Position numbers and translations under genes: made by a program
Assembly (NCBI RefSeq): GCF_964204645.1
Contig: NC_134028.1
Location: 21,138,345 to 21,202,344, forward strand
DNA: 64,000 nt
Direction of reading: 5' to 3'
Origin: Tubulanus polymorphus
Taxonomy: Eukaryota; Animalia; Nemertea
Shown here: piece after piece, positions 19,801 through 35,875 of the stretch
Layout: every line of letters begins with the position of its first letter
How positions within the stretch are numbered: the stretch's first letter is position 1
Notes under the pieces: model-generated
The model's database searches: none
Seen by the model: only the letters and a program-made list of their open reading frames with translations
Told to the model about the DNA's origin: nothing

Positions 19801-21264
19801 CATTAGGAAAATTTATCTTTGTGACATAAATTACCTTCCATGATCTTTCTATGGTTTTTGTTTTCCAGGACCACTGACGCAGAACGAGATGTTGACTGGC
19901 AATAACTATATACTAGAAATAAAATGATGAAAAATAATATAGTTCCGTGTAGCAGCGTCCTTCAAATTCGAGATATAGGGAATTATAGATTCCACACGTC
20001 CTGTTATTTTGCAGATAATCATGTTTGTGTCACGAGTGAATTAACAGATATTAACAAACTCTGATTTTCGAATCAGTTCATCTTCATATAAAGACACAGC
20101 AAAATTTTAGGGTTATATCATTCGTTCTAAGATATTAATTATTCTGAGGATATTTTACTATTCACGCAGCTTCGATCATAAGCGGATAAACAGATTAATA
20201 TTTTGCTGTTGACATCAATTTTCGAATTGGTTCATCTCATCAATTAAGGACAAATTTGTCAATTTAATGCAACCTTTTACCTGGTCATCGGGGCTAACAG
20301 CAAAACAGGTCACCTCCGGATCATCTTCCTGAATGAGTAACACAAGATAATCATTCCAATGTTTCCCTTATAAGTCATTGCTTTTAATGCAAAAAAACCC
20401 TGACAGAATCAAATCATCTGTATTTCAATTTATTCTTTCAAACTTCACCTAAACTTTTAACAAAATACGTGCACAAATCAACCAGAAAGAAATAATTAAA
20501 AACAACCTACCTCGGCTAATGCATGCAGGACTTTTCCATCATTATAGTTCAACACCTGAACAGCATTTCCACACGTGCTGAAGAAATTTTGTCCATCTGA
20601 CGTAAACTGCAAATATTCAATACAATGGATATGAAACAAATTCACCAGGCAAACAGGTGCAAAATGCGAACAATCGAATCCACATAAAAATGGTACCTAT
20701 GCATCATATCAAATATGAAATAGCCGATAGTACGGCGCAGCCTAGGCCTACCTGAATTTGTCCACCAGTATAAAATGCTTCATATTTATTGACCACTTTA
20801 AAACTGAAATACAATTGAAGAATGTGTGAGTGTTTGTGTACCAACAGTACAGTACAGTAGAGTAGGCCTTTTGGTAGAACCAAGTAAGTCCTTATTTAGG
20901 CACTAAACAGCAGGTGGAGAGTGCTGGGTGGTTATTAAGAGGACAGACCGATCATATGCTGGAACTAATCGGTAGTAGATGCGATGGATCTCCTCTGTTG
21001 AAACTCGATCAGCGATAGCATAACGGAGATTTCCTTCCTTATCCTTCTTCTTCCAAAACAAAACCCGGAAGTAAATGTTTGACGGCCAAAATTCCCGATT
21101 TAATGAGACACGAACATCGTAAACAACAAATATAGCTAACGTATAGAATCATTGTCATAAACTCTTATTATAATTATGATTTATAAACTGATATCATCAA
21201 GGGGAGAAATACATTTCAATTAATTTAGCAGCAATTCTCACTTCGATTTCAGTTTCGCCGCCAT
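10808..21264 (-). CDS. TBL3: Transducin beta-like protein 3 / U3 snoRNP SSU-processome subunit UTP13 (WD40 + Utp13 domain), complete, with acidic C-terminal extension
   Basis: 21 GT-AG exons in consistent phase: 21242-21264, 20752-20803, 20511-20606, 20281-20328, 19835-19912, 19084-19232, 18455-18625, 18128-18203, 17669-17771, 16423-16598, 15460-15767, 15014-15224, 14342-14571, 13787-13943, 13385-13443, 13037-13140, 12617-12688, 12173-12331, 11552-11642, 11385-11466, 10808-11128. Translation MAAKLKSNFKVVNKYEAFYTGG...LATGGSDSTIKIWD...FVGYNDDILDIKF...LRGHKRGVWCTQFSPVDQ...EQELMNLLHEKKY...KWNSNSKHCHEAQ...LLPYTERH matches TBL3. Confidence 0.96.
12747..12840 (-). repeat. tRNA-derived SINE-like fragment in a TBL3 intron
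   Basis: Minus strand ...gtctagtgtggcggggg...GGTTCAAATCCctgccgtggga with a Pol III B-box; I could not fold a cloverleaf. Confidence 0.4.
15804..16092. mobile_element. piggyBac-type MITE
   Basis: TTAA|CCCTTTCCGTGC ... GCACTGAAAGGG|TTAA: TTAA target-site duplication and CCC/GGG termini. Confidence 0.85.
18688..19008. mobile_element. Degenerate copy of the Penelope-like terminal-repeat family seen at 52330-52662
   Basis: Shares caaacgtgg.aacggataataagataaaaac.cactat, ctgacgatgatctctagggtgagatc and tagtgggtttt motifs; the GAAAC part of the hammerhead core is lost. Confidence 0.6.
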
Positions 21265-21298
21265 CTTGTCTACCACGTGGGTAGTGTCATTGCGCAAT
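21257..21298. promoter_or_regulatory. Motif cluster at the TBL3 start: YY1-like AAGATGGCGG over the ATG, E-box CACGTG (21274-21279), palindromic C/EBP-type ATTGCGCAAT (21289-21298)
   Basis: Motifs read directly. Start-proximal E-boxes are typical of Myc-regulated ribosome-biogenesis genes; function here is untested. Confidence 0.45.
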
Positions 21299-21808
21299 AC
21301 ATTATACCACAGTGTTTAGGTTCGAATCCAATTGAAACTCATTTTGGTCTTCTGCGCCTATACTGTAAAAATCCAGGCTTCGGGCGTGTTGGGCACAGAA
21401 AAGGCACAGAAAAAAGTAAAATGTAAAAGGCATCACGCTGCAGTCCGATATTTTACAAGAAAAACAATAAAATGGTTGAAATGACTTTTACTGTGCAGTC
21501 GGGTTGATTCGTGTCCTTATTTATTTTGAGGCGTCGGTTCGCCCGTAAATTATCATAGAGTTCAAATTAATTTGATTTGAGTTCTATGATTATATCCTGT
21601 AACCGTTGCACCAATTGTCCTGTAAACGATTCTCATCTTGATGACTTCGTTCACTCGATAGTTTCCGATTCTGAAATCGAAAGATCAAGATTTGAACAGT
21701 GGGTTGAACAAATTCAATCATCTTTCAAGTGCCAGATTGAGATATACGGTAGTACTTTATTCTCATTCTGATGCGCATTACTTCTACGTTAGTTTGAATG
21801 GATTGATA

Positions 21809-22766
21809 ATGGTGGCCATTAAGGTATGTTTCTATCATCGTCATCATCATTATCATCATGCCGTTATCGTTATCGTTATCGCTATCCATATCAATAATAT
21901 ATCAACAATGTGATTATCATCATCATCATTATTATCATCATTAGTATTATAACTACTAGAATTATAATTTATCATTATAACCATTATCAATTATCATTAT
22001 CATTATTATCACTTATCGTATCACTCCCTTTATGGTACAGCCTCCGCTTTGGAGATGTTCTTTTCTCCAAATATTTGTGTCGTCGATTGCTAATAGCCAA
22101 TGGTACAAAGAAAACACTAAAATTCAATCAAACACACGTATTAATTCTTCATGTTTCTTCTATGTGACTAAAATATTCATTCTATGCTCACACTTTAAAA
22201 CTGTTAAGCATGGATAAGCTCCAGGACCGCGTACCGCTATAAAGCTGCTGTGGCAATAGATCGGGATTATGGCAGGTGATGATCCGCCAGGTGTAGTTAT
22301 ACCCTTAGTTTTCCCGATCAATGTTTTCTACATTTAAAATCCTGTCGACCGATTGTACTTGAGTCCCACTTAAAAATACACAGCGACGTTAATTATCTGC
22401 GTTACTTAAACCAATTAATTCTACGATCTATATTGGATACTGATTATCTAAATGAATTGCGAAACCAGGGAACAATATTCGGTTCGAGTTCTAGGCGCCG
22501 TAGAACAAGAGTACGTTGATGTTAGATTTGCGACAAAGTAATTTCTCTTTATAAACATCATTTTATTCACCCCTTTGAAACCTCTTCAGTTTCAGTTTCT
22601 GACAGTCTTAGCCGCATGGGGCGCTGGTGCGGTCGCGTGGACGTGTGCAGAATGCAATGCGATGTGTACAGCATCATGTGCCGGCAGATCAGTGGCTAAC
22701 TGCATCACTTCTATTTGTATGAGAATTTTGTCAGGGTGCTTCAGGTGTCTTCGCCAAACTCAGTAG
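21809..22766 (+). CDS. Secreted 8-Cys peptide, subfamily A, copy A1
   Basis: Exon 1 ATGGTGGCCATTAAG|gtatgt (21809-21823); exon 2 after ttcag at 22596 (in-frame alternative acceptor gives 22590) to 22766. Product MVAIKFLTVLAAWGAGAVA/WTCAECNAMCTASCAGRSVANCITSICMRILSGCFRCLRQTQ: signal peptide with AVA cleavage motif; structure conserved in A2. Confidence 0.82.
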
Positions 22767-23864
22767 TTGTTAACATACAATCAGTTTGAGATGCCGCGGA
22801 ATTTCAGTTTCAATACATATTAACAAAATCATATTAACAAAAAACAACAATGCATATTTCTTTCTTAGATTTCATTCTAATGTAATCAGATGTGCTGAAA
22901 ATGATTCCACTATGTGTCACAGAGATTTTTTTAACACCCTCAACACGCTAAGCGCCACACAGGGCATTATAAGCGGGTTCGATGTTTCTTTTTCCCAAGA
23001 ACAGAAGAACCTTCGACCAAAAAATTCAAGAACAAGAAAATCAGCATCTCATCTCCTTCTTAATGTTGTATAAATTTCGTCTTTCCATCGAGGGACTGCA
23101 GAGATAATTGATTTTCAATTTAACCTATTGTTTGAAAAGAGAGCGAAAATTGTCGCAACAATGGGGTACCTCGAGGGACCGCTACAATATGGCGCCTAGA
23201 AACTGGAAACTTCTATATTACTTTGTGTGATATCGAAATGTCTTCTTTCTATTGGTCATCCAAATGAATATTTGAGAAGGGCCAAAAAATGCAGATGGAT
23301 CCAAGGATTAGACAAGGCGACCTTAGTACGGTAGCTGTGTGTAGGACTAATAGTGTGGTACAAATATTGAAGTTATTCGAAGTGATCTTTAAGACTATTG
23401 CATTAATGACTAATTCAAGGAATTAAAAAGGAATATGTTTCTTGCGCTAAATTTCTGTTTGAAATCGGAAAAAACCGAAATTCAGCTACGGGTCAGGGTC
23501 TGAAACAAGAGACAGAAACATAAATAAGAGTCTCTATCACGAGAGAAAACCACGGAATTTGGGAAATATTATTATTGGGTTTTTTTGTACGTGGCAGCAG
23601 ATTTTGGTGAGTCGGGGAGAGATTATTGAATGACACATTCATTAGCGTCATTACTTTTCCTCAGTCTGAGAGTCTACGATTACAAAACTGAGTAAAGCTA
23701 ACTCAATATTAACTTCACTTGTATAAATAATTCAGAATATCGTATATGGACAGCTGGTTTAAAAACAAATTATTACACGACATCATTAATTATATCGTGC
23801 GGCATAATCGACCATCTTTCCAGCAGGCGCCAAGTGTTTTCTACCAAGTTTCTAGTTTGTAGAA

Positions 23865-25767
23865 ATGAATGACATGACAGCTAAACGCAGTAAGGTATGT
23901 TGTTTATACATAGAAAAGGTGCAATAGCACGGTTGGGTTTCATGGCATGGGCTTTAAACTTACTAGTAAAGCCTGGCGGCAGAAAAAGGGTAGATGGAAA
24001 CTTGTCGTGAAAACCAGGCTTAAACCTGGAAGAAATATATATTGGGTCATCCATTTATTACGTAAGTACAATAGGGGAGGGGTGGTGAATGTAAATTACA
24101 TCGCATCTGCGTACAAGGGGGGCAGGGGGTCAAATACCTTAATGACATCAGATAGTCAAGTCCAAAAACGATTTGCTTACAGTCTTATTTAACCAAAGCA
24201 CCACTGCGAGTGCTCAACGGGGCAAATCGCTCATGGAAGTGCTTTGAGGTAGGGTCATTTATTGAAGGCGATTATGATTTGTGCCACGAAGAGTAATCAA
24301 TGGTGGCTGATTCGGGACATGTAATAAAAAAATCACAAACGTTACAAATTTTTTTGCAGACGCTAAAAAGTCGTTTTATCGCGCAATAAAACGACAATTA
24401 CCAGTTAAAACGAGAAATTACCGCGATAAAACAAGAAAAAGTTGTTTTATCGCGCGATATAACGAACTTTTTCGTTTTATTGCCACGTTAAACGAAAAAT
24501 AGCGCGATAAAACGAAAAATTAACGCAATGAAATGATTTTTCATTCGTTTTACATCGTGATAAAACGAAAAAATAAATTCCGTTTTCTCCATTTTTCGTT
24601 TTAACGTGGCAATAAAACGAAAAATTCGTTTCATCGCGCGATAAAACGACTTTTTCTCGTTTTATTGCGCGATAAAACGACTTTTTCTCGTTTTATCGCA
24701 GTAATTTTCGTTTCATCGCGCTATTTTTCGTTTTAACGTGGCAATAAAACGAAAAAGTTCGTTTTATCGCGCGATAAAACGACTTTTTCTCGTTTTATTG
24801 CGCAATAAAACGACTTTTTCTTGTTTTAACGCGGTAATTTCTCGTTTTAACGTGGTAATTTTCGTTTTATTGCGCGATAAAACGACTTTTAGGCGTCTGT
24901 AAAAAAATATTTGCACCATTTGTGATTTTTTTTTTACATGGTCCGAATCAGCCACCATAGTAATCGGCAGAGTAAAGCGATTTGATACGAGTTGCTTGAT
25001 AAAAACGCCTCATCGACCTTGATGATTCTCCAAACATTGGGTGGTTGACGCTGTTGGATGATGTAATGGCGGTGATGCATTCAAGTTCGTGAACTGACGA
25101 AGTTTGATAAAGTATGCAATCTTATATGGTTAGGATTTGGATAATTAGAATCAGTAGAGGGGGTTATGGATGTAGAACGTACACACATGGGGGTAAATCT
25201 CGTGCGTACAGGTCAACAAGGTGGGGGGGGGGAGGGGAGTTGATAGAGGGCACTCCATTTTTGGAAACTTTTTGCGTACGTAATAAATCGATGACCCCTA
25301 TATACTTATCTTTCCTCAAATTACGTATAATAATCTATATATTTAAGTTACTATGAAAGAAGTACTTGTTATTCAGGTTTTATAGGCCGTCAGTATATTC
25401 TAAATGTGCCTAAACCATAAAGAAATCGATTTATCTACTTCAGTCACTGTTCATCCATAAAGTTTACAAGCACATACTTTCGGGTAATTACAAACTAGAC
25501 TTTTAAACGGTCTGTGCATGGAGCACCTCGTCACGTTCGATTAACAAGTTCCGTGTTCTTCTTCAGATGATTGTAATAGTTTTAGTTCTGCATGTTTTGA
25601 TAACGACCTCGGCGGTTAGTTCGGCAAACCCTGGTGATATAGACGCGTCAACTACGTGTAAAGAGTGTGAAGCAATCTGCAGCGAATCGTGCCAAGGGAC
25701 GGGACGTGAATATGATTGCACCTTACTTTTCATGCAATTATTATGCGGCAGATGTACGTCTGATTGA
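23865..25767 (+). CDS. Secreted Cys-rich peptide, subfamily B, copy B1 (7 Cys)
   Basis: Leader exon 23865-23894 (MNDMTAKRSK|gtatgt) plus exon 25567-25767 after ttcttcttcag: MIVIVLVLHVLITTSAVSSANPGDIDASTTCKECEAICSESCQGTGREYDCTLLFMQLLCGRCTSD. Sixth Cys replaced by Phe (TGC>TTC). Confidence 0.78.
24300..24958. mobile_element. MITE with long TIRs and internal TTTTATCGCGCGATAAAACG subrepeats, inserted in the B1 intron
   Basis: atggtggctgattcgggacatgtaa... / ...ttacatggtccgaatcagccaccat; agtaatc occurs at both flanks; absent from paralogous copies 2 and 3; short relative at about 46126-46186. Confidence 0.85.
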
Positions 25768-25838
25768 TAAGATGTATAAACTGTTCATCGAGCCTTCGAG
25801 AGAAAAAGTCAACTTAATTCAATGATATTCGTTTACAG

Positions 25839-26057
25839 TTTGTTTTCCATACTCTAGTCGTTGTTGTTTTGCATGAATTGATAACCACCTGGACGGGCAG
25901 TTGGAATCGTGCTATGGGCACATCTGCACCGACGTGTAAAAACTGTCTTGCAATCTGTAGAACATCGTGTCAATCAATGGATGAATCGATCGATAGTTAT
26001 GACTGTACCTATATTGCTTGCATGGGCTCAGTTTGCGGCCACTCTCTAATTGATTGA
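25839..26057 (+). CDS. Cys-rich peptide exon, subfamily C, copy C1 (alternative last exon of B1 gene; possibly decaying)
   Basis: Phase-0 acceptor gtttacag|TTT GTT... gives FVFHTLVVVVLHELITTWTGSWNRAMGTSAPTCKNCLAICRTSCQSMDESIDSYDCTYIACMGSVCGHSLID*. A 12-nt deletion removed the acceptor seen in C3, and the last Cys is Ser. Confidence 0.55.
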   Translation, partial: FVFHTLVVVVLHELITTWTGSWNRAMGTSAPTCKNCLAICRTSCQSMDESIDSYDCTYIACMGSVCGHSLID

Positions 26058-26589
26058 GTCCTGGAGTAATCATTCTAATTACTCCAAGATCCAGTCTACG
26101 TACATCGCTGAGTACCTGCATAGAATTAGATTTGACTGTGTTCATGACCCGACGCCTACTGACGACGGCCATGCGGCGTTCAAATCCTTTTGAGTTGAAG
26201 GTGGAAGGGGTCCATCCCCGAGCGAGAAGCATTTTATTTATTTTGTGATTTAACGTAAACAGTTTTAATAGAAAACTGTAGCTAAAATACAAAAAAATAC
26301 ATTTGAGAATTTGTATGATCCTCTTCTGAGTGATACGTAGTTCAATCGTCCGTCATTTTTATGATACGACGCGTGCGGGACAATATACCATAGAACTCAA
26401 ATTTTATTTGAGTTCTATGAAAATACGTACATCCATAGGGTTCACACGTATTTCTTTATTGTATGGCTTCAAGTCTTAGAGTTTTGATACTTGTTGGTGT
26501 ATCTATGGACCAAGCCCTACAAAATTTCATATAATTAGATCAAGTACATTTAGTTCAACAACAACAAAGACAAAGAACAAAAAACAACA

Positions 26590-26661
26590 TTCCCACACCG
26601 GGAATCGAACCCGGGCCACGCGGGTGAGAGCCGCGTATCCTAACCACTAGACCATATGGGA
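26590..26661 (-). tRNA. trnE-CTC: tRNA-Glu(CTC)
   Basis: TCCCATATGGTCTAGTGGTTAGGATACGCGGCTCTCACCCGCGTGGCCCGGGTTCGATTCCCGGTGTGGGAA; full cloverleaf, A and B boxes, T-run terminator. Confidence 0.95.
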
Positions 26662-27002
26662 CTACGAACATTACGATATCCAAATACATTTTTATTGTTT
26701 CTTGGCATTTTCTGTAGATGGCGGATGAGTGTAAAGCGCGGTAAATACGTAATATATAGTACCATTTTCCTTGAATACAAAATTAAGATTACTGGGTTGT
26801 TCTATTGAATGTTTATATGCGTGTATAATAATAAATAAGAATAGTTTTTTATGTATGTATGGAAATTACTACATTGAATGCGAAATTGACGGCTTGAGTG
26901 TGAATAAGTGACAGCAAAAGCCGGTTCAACTCTCCAAAGGTGCTTATGTAGTGCGTTTTTACTATATTGAGATTGAAGCAGTTTCGATGGAGTTCAGAAT
27001 GA

Positions 27003-27252
27003 TGAGGGAGAGGGAGAGGGAGAGGGAGAGGGAGAGGGAGAGGGAGAGGGAGAGGGAGAGGGAGAGGGAGAGGGGAGGGGAGGGGAGGGGAGGGGAGGGG
27101 AGGGGAGGGGAGGGGAGGGGAGGGGAAGGGATGGGGAGGAGGAGGGGAGGGGGAGGGGAGAGGGAGAGGGAGGGGAGGGGAGGGGAGGAGAGGAGGGGAG
27201 AGGGACAGGGAGAGGGACAGGGAGAGGGACAGGCACAGGCACAGGCACAGGG
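27003..27252. repeat. Polypurine microsatellite (GGGAGA)n / (GGGGA)n / (GGCACA)n
   Basis: Read directly; homology between duplication units 1 and 2 breaks at its left edge. Confidence 0.95.
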
Positions 27253-29026
27253 AATTGGATCATAGATCTCTAAATTCCAGAAAATAAGAAAACCCTCCGC
27301 ATATATTTACATACAATTCTAGTTGATCTGGTTATATTTGGATTGCGCCCTAAATTTCCCCATACATGGTTAAGATAATAGTCGGATAGGAGTTTTTCTT
27401 TTATACAAGAAACAAAATTAAAACAAGTCTCGGGACGAGGATTCATACATATCTAACAAACAAAGTTAGAGCAAGAAGTTTTGATTAGTTTTCATGCAAT
27501 TTAACCAATATTTCACACAGAAGATAAAATCATTTCAATGAGTATGGGAAATTGGCTAAGATCTCCAAGGAGAGGTAGAATAGGTGATATGTTATGGAGT
27601 CCAAGGATATGACGGAAGAAACGATTAACTATTTTTTGCATTAGACAAAGTTTGAAGATATCTTCTATATTGTCTTTTATAGTACTATTATCTCCTTTAT
27701 TTATGTTTTTAATCAAAGGTGTGACTCCCAAACCTCGCTACCATAATAGGTTTGATGAGACTGTTGAAAAGTTGCAGTTGTTGAATTTTTACACGTTTTT
27801 AGATACAATAGGTATACTCCATATGTATTTATAGTATACATCATATCTTTTGCCTAAAGACACTTGATGAAAAGGTAATTTCTGTTTAACTGCATCACCA
27901 GCATCAAAGTATCTATATCAAGTCACTTCATCGGTTCCCTCTGCCAAGAATAAACTAACACAAATAATCGTCATCGGTGTAGGTGTTCGTTAGTTATTAA
28001 TTCTCACCTCGGGCCTGATGCAACTTTTAAAAATTATATACTTCTTAGCCGTTCAACACTGAATTTTAATTAGGGAATTCAATACGCAAACTGCTCGAGG
28101 GGTCAAACTCCGGGTTGAATCTGGATCCAATTATCCAGTGTCGGTTTAATGTACGTATTTATTCAGTGATAGATCAATGATCAAAAATATAAACATTACT
28201 AAGTTTATCGATGTGATATCACTACGAGCATCTAGTCACGTTCAGACCTCATCCGCAATATTTCCTGGAAAGGCAGTGATAACATAGCATCAAGTGTATA
28301 TGAATAAAATATGCTTATAATCAAAGGCATCAGAATTGAAGAATATTCATTCCAAGGAAGATCATTTCAAGAACCCTTTGAATTATCCATGTGCCTCGGA
28401 GGAACACTTCAAATGTATGCCCGAATAGGTAGATTTTCAAATTGGAATAAAGCAATTCGCAAAATTAAATCTAATTTTTTCTGTAAATAGGCAAAATAGG
28501 GCATCTGGTTTTGATTAAGTTTTTCATGCAGGAATGTGCCCTTTTCTGGTAAACTTAAGCATATCCTGTAAAAATCATGGCTCCAGGCAAAACACAGCAA
28601 AAAGTAGAATGTAAATGACATCACGCTGTAGTCCGGTGTCTTGCAGGAAGAACAACAAAAATGGTTTTTTAAATGACTTTTACTGTGCAGCATTGGGGTT
28701 GATTCCTATAATGTACCTCTTTTTGAAAAAAGTGTCCTTTTTTGTTGAAAAAAGGTAGTCAAAATTGTACCCTGGTTCCGCCCCTGGTCTAAAGAAATTA
28801 GACCAGTAGCCGTTGCTCCGATTGTTTTATGTAAACGATTCTGATCGTGATGTCTTTCACTCGATAGTTTCCTGATTCTGAAATCGAAGAACACGAACAA
28901 TTATCAAGATTTGAACAGTTGAACAAATTCAACGCAACCATCTGTCATGGCCAGACATAGATATACGGTACGTTCTTTATTCTCATTCTGATTAGCATTA
29001 TTTCTACGTTTTTGAATTGATTGATA

Positions 29027-32941
<3,915 letters not shown>

Positions 32942-34237
32942 TTGTTTAGATACCATCAGTTTGAGATGCCGCGGAATTTCAATATTCATATCTCAATTAT
33001 ATCAACAAAAAACAAGATATATATCTTTCTTAGATTTTATTCTAACGTAGTAAAATGTGCCGAAAATTATTCCATTGTTTGTCAAAGTGATTACCGACGA
33101 ACCCGACACCAGAAAAAAATCAGCATTTCATCTCCTTTTAAGTGTATAACTCACGTCTTTCCATCGAGGGACCGCAGAGCTAATTGATATTCAATTTAAC
33201 CTTTTGTTTGAAAAGAGAGCGAAAATTGTCGCAACAATAAAGAAGTTTCCAGTTTCTAGGCGCCATTTTGTGGCGATCCCTCAAGGTCCCCATTGTTGCG
33301 ATAATTTGCGCTCATTTTTAAAACATAAGTTTAGATTGAATATCATATAGTTCTGCAGTCCCTTGCTCGATGAACTGAATTTATACACCATTTTGAAGGA
33401 AATGAAATGCAGATATTTGTTAGTGATTCTTGGAATTTTTGAACGCTGCAATTGAGAACAGTGACGATATGAAACCAAGGACCGCATATCTTAACCGCGC
33501 GTAAAAGAAATCGCGATATTTATTAACTTTGTGTGATATCGAAATGTCATCTTTCTATTGGTCATCCAAATACATATTTGAGAAGGGCCAGAAAACGCAG
33601 ATGGATCCAAAGATCAGGGTGACTGGTACGGTAGCTGTTGTGTAGGACTAATAGTGTGTACAAATATTGAAGTTAATTCGAAGTGATCTTTAAGACTATT
33701 AAGCACAATGACTAATTCAAGGAATTAAAAAAAGAATATGTTTCTTGCGCTAAGTTTCAAATCGAAAAAACCGAAATTCAGCTGTTTCTGAAACAAGAGA
33801 CAGAAACATAATTAAGAGTCACTATCTCTTGTTTCCGTGTTTCTCTGCGTCGTGTGCGTTGGACCTAACAGAAACCATCTGAGAAAACATATTTCTGAAT
33901 TCACCGCGAGAAAACCACGGAATTTCTTCGAAGGCTGTGGGGGTTATTATTGGAGGTTTTTGTACGTGACAGCAGTTTTTGGTGATTCGGAGAGAGATTA
34001 TTGAGTGACACTTTCATTAGCGTCTTTACTTTCCTCAGTCTGAGAGTCTACGATTACAAACTGAGTAAAGCTAACTCGATATTAACTTCACTTGTCTAAA
34101 TAATTCAGTATATCGTATATGGACAGCTGGCTTTAAAAAAAATTATTACACCTCATCATTAATTATATCGTGCGGCATAATCGACCATCCTTCCAGCAGG
34201 CACCAAGTGTTTTCTTCCCAGTTTCTAGTTTGTAGAA

Positions 34238-35406
34238 ATGTATGACATGACAGCTAAACGCAGTAAGGTATGTTGTTTCTACATAGAAAAGGTGCAATAG
34301 CACAGTTGGGTTTCATATCATGGGCTTTAAACTTACTCGTAAAGCCTGGCGGCAGAAAAAGGGTAGGTGGATACTTGTCGTGAAAACCAGGCTTTAACTT
34401 GGAGCGGTCATCCATTTATTACGTAAGCACAATAGGGGAGGGGATGGTGAATTGAATTACATCACATCATACATAGGGGGCAGGGGTCAAATACCTTTAT
34501 GACATCAGATCTGGTCCAAAAACGATTTGCTTACAACCTTATTTGAGCAATTATCTGTTCAGATAATTGATCGTAGATTTAACCAATGCACCAACTGCGA
34601 GTACCCAACGCGGCAGAGTAAAGCGATTTAATACGAGTTTCTCGATAAAAACGCCTCATTGACCTTGATGATTCTCAAAACATTCGGTGGTTGACGCCGA
34701 TTGGATGCTGTAATGGCGGTGATGCATTCAAGTTCGTGAACTTACGAAGTTTGATAAAGTATGCAATTTGAAGTTTGTTAAAGTATGCAATCTTGTATGG
34801 TTTAGATTATAGGATAATTAGAATCAGTAGAGGGGTGAAAATATGGATGTAGTACGTGCACACAAGGGGGTTCAATCTCGCGCGTACAGGGCAAGGGGGT
34901 AAGGGTCTCCATTTTTAGAATTTTTTGCATCCGTATAAAATCGATGACCCCTATATACTTAACATCTATATATTTCAGTTACCACGAAAGTATGACTTGT
35001 TGTTCATGTTTTCAACGGTCGCCAGTATATTTTAAATGTGCCTAAACCACAGAGAAATCGACTTATCTACTTCATTCACTGTACAATCCTATAGTTTACA
35101 AGCACGTACTTAGGGGGGGGCAATTACAAACTAGACTTTTAAACGGTCTGTCCACGGAGCATCTCGCCATGTTCGATTAACAGGTTCCATGTTCTTCTTC
35201 AGATGATTGTAATAGTTTCAGTCCTTCATGTTTTGATAACGACCTCAGCGAGTGGTTCGGCTTATACCCGTGCAATTTTAGACGCATCAACTACGTGTAA
35301 AGAGTGTCAAGCAATCTGCAGCCAATCGTGCCAAGGGATGGGACATGAATATGAATGCACCTTTCTTTGCATGGGATTATATTGTCACAGATGTACTTCT
35401 GATTGA
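34238..35406 (+). CDS. Secreted 8-Cys peptide, subfamily B, copy B2
   Basis: Leader exon 34238-34267 (MYDMTAKRSK|gtatgt) plus exon 35203-35406 MIVIVSVLHVLITTSASGSAYTRAILDASTTCKECQAICSQSCQGMGHEYECTFLCMGLYCHRCTSD*; AATAAA at 35414-35419. Confidence 0.82.
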
Positions 35407-35641
35407 TTGGATGAATAAAATATTTCATCGAGCCTTCGAGAGAAAAAGTCAACTTAATTCAATGAGGACTGCAATCAACTGATCAACCAATCAACCAATC
35501 AACCAATCAACTGAGCAGCGTTTAATTTATTTCGTGATTTTACGTAAACCGTTATAACTGTAGCTAAAATACTTGAATACTCGTCCGTCAGTCAGCAGCG
35601 TCGGCGGCGGCGGCAGCAGCGGCAGCAACAACAACAGATAA

Positions 35642-35664
35642 CCTAACCACTAGACCATATGGGA
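35642..35664 (-). pseudogene. 5' fragment (23 nt) of tRNA-Glu
   Basis: cctaaccactagaccatatggga is identical to the first 23 nt of the tRNA-Glu on the minus strand. Confidence 0.7.
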
Positions 35665-35875
35665 CTAAAACGTCCGTTAACCAAATACGTACGTATATCC
35701 ATGTATAGGGTTCACACGCATTTCTTTATTGCCTGGCTTCAAGTTTTAAAGTTTTCATACAATCTTCCTGATACTTGTTGTTGTATCTATGGGCCAAGCC
35801 CGACATTTTCATATAATTAGATCTAGTACATTTAGTTCAACAACAACAAAAACAAAGATCAAACAAAAAGCAACG

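Larger units (their letters stand above)
21363..28252 (+). repeat. Tandem segmental duplication, unit 1 (peptide A gene + B/C gene + tRNA-Glu)
   Basis: Co-linear similarity to 28566-39896 from ctgtaaaaatc...aaaaagta.aatgtaaa through ...cacgttcagacctcat, interrupted by copy-specific insertions. Confidence 0.9.

Noticed and set aside
22596-26057. Cys-rich peptides as metallothioneins or Ly6 three-finger toxins related to the crok gene
   Set aside because: They have signal peptides, aromatic and hydrophobic residues and no CC/CxC clusters, and their 8-Cys spacing lacks the Ly6 pattern ending in CN. Metal binding is not formally excluded.
27830-28252. Duplicated block with a short minus-strand MTIICVSLFL... 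reading frame
   Set aside because: Stop after 18 codons in both copies; better explained as duplicated sequence downstream of the protease gene.
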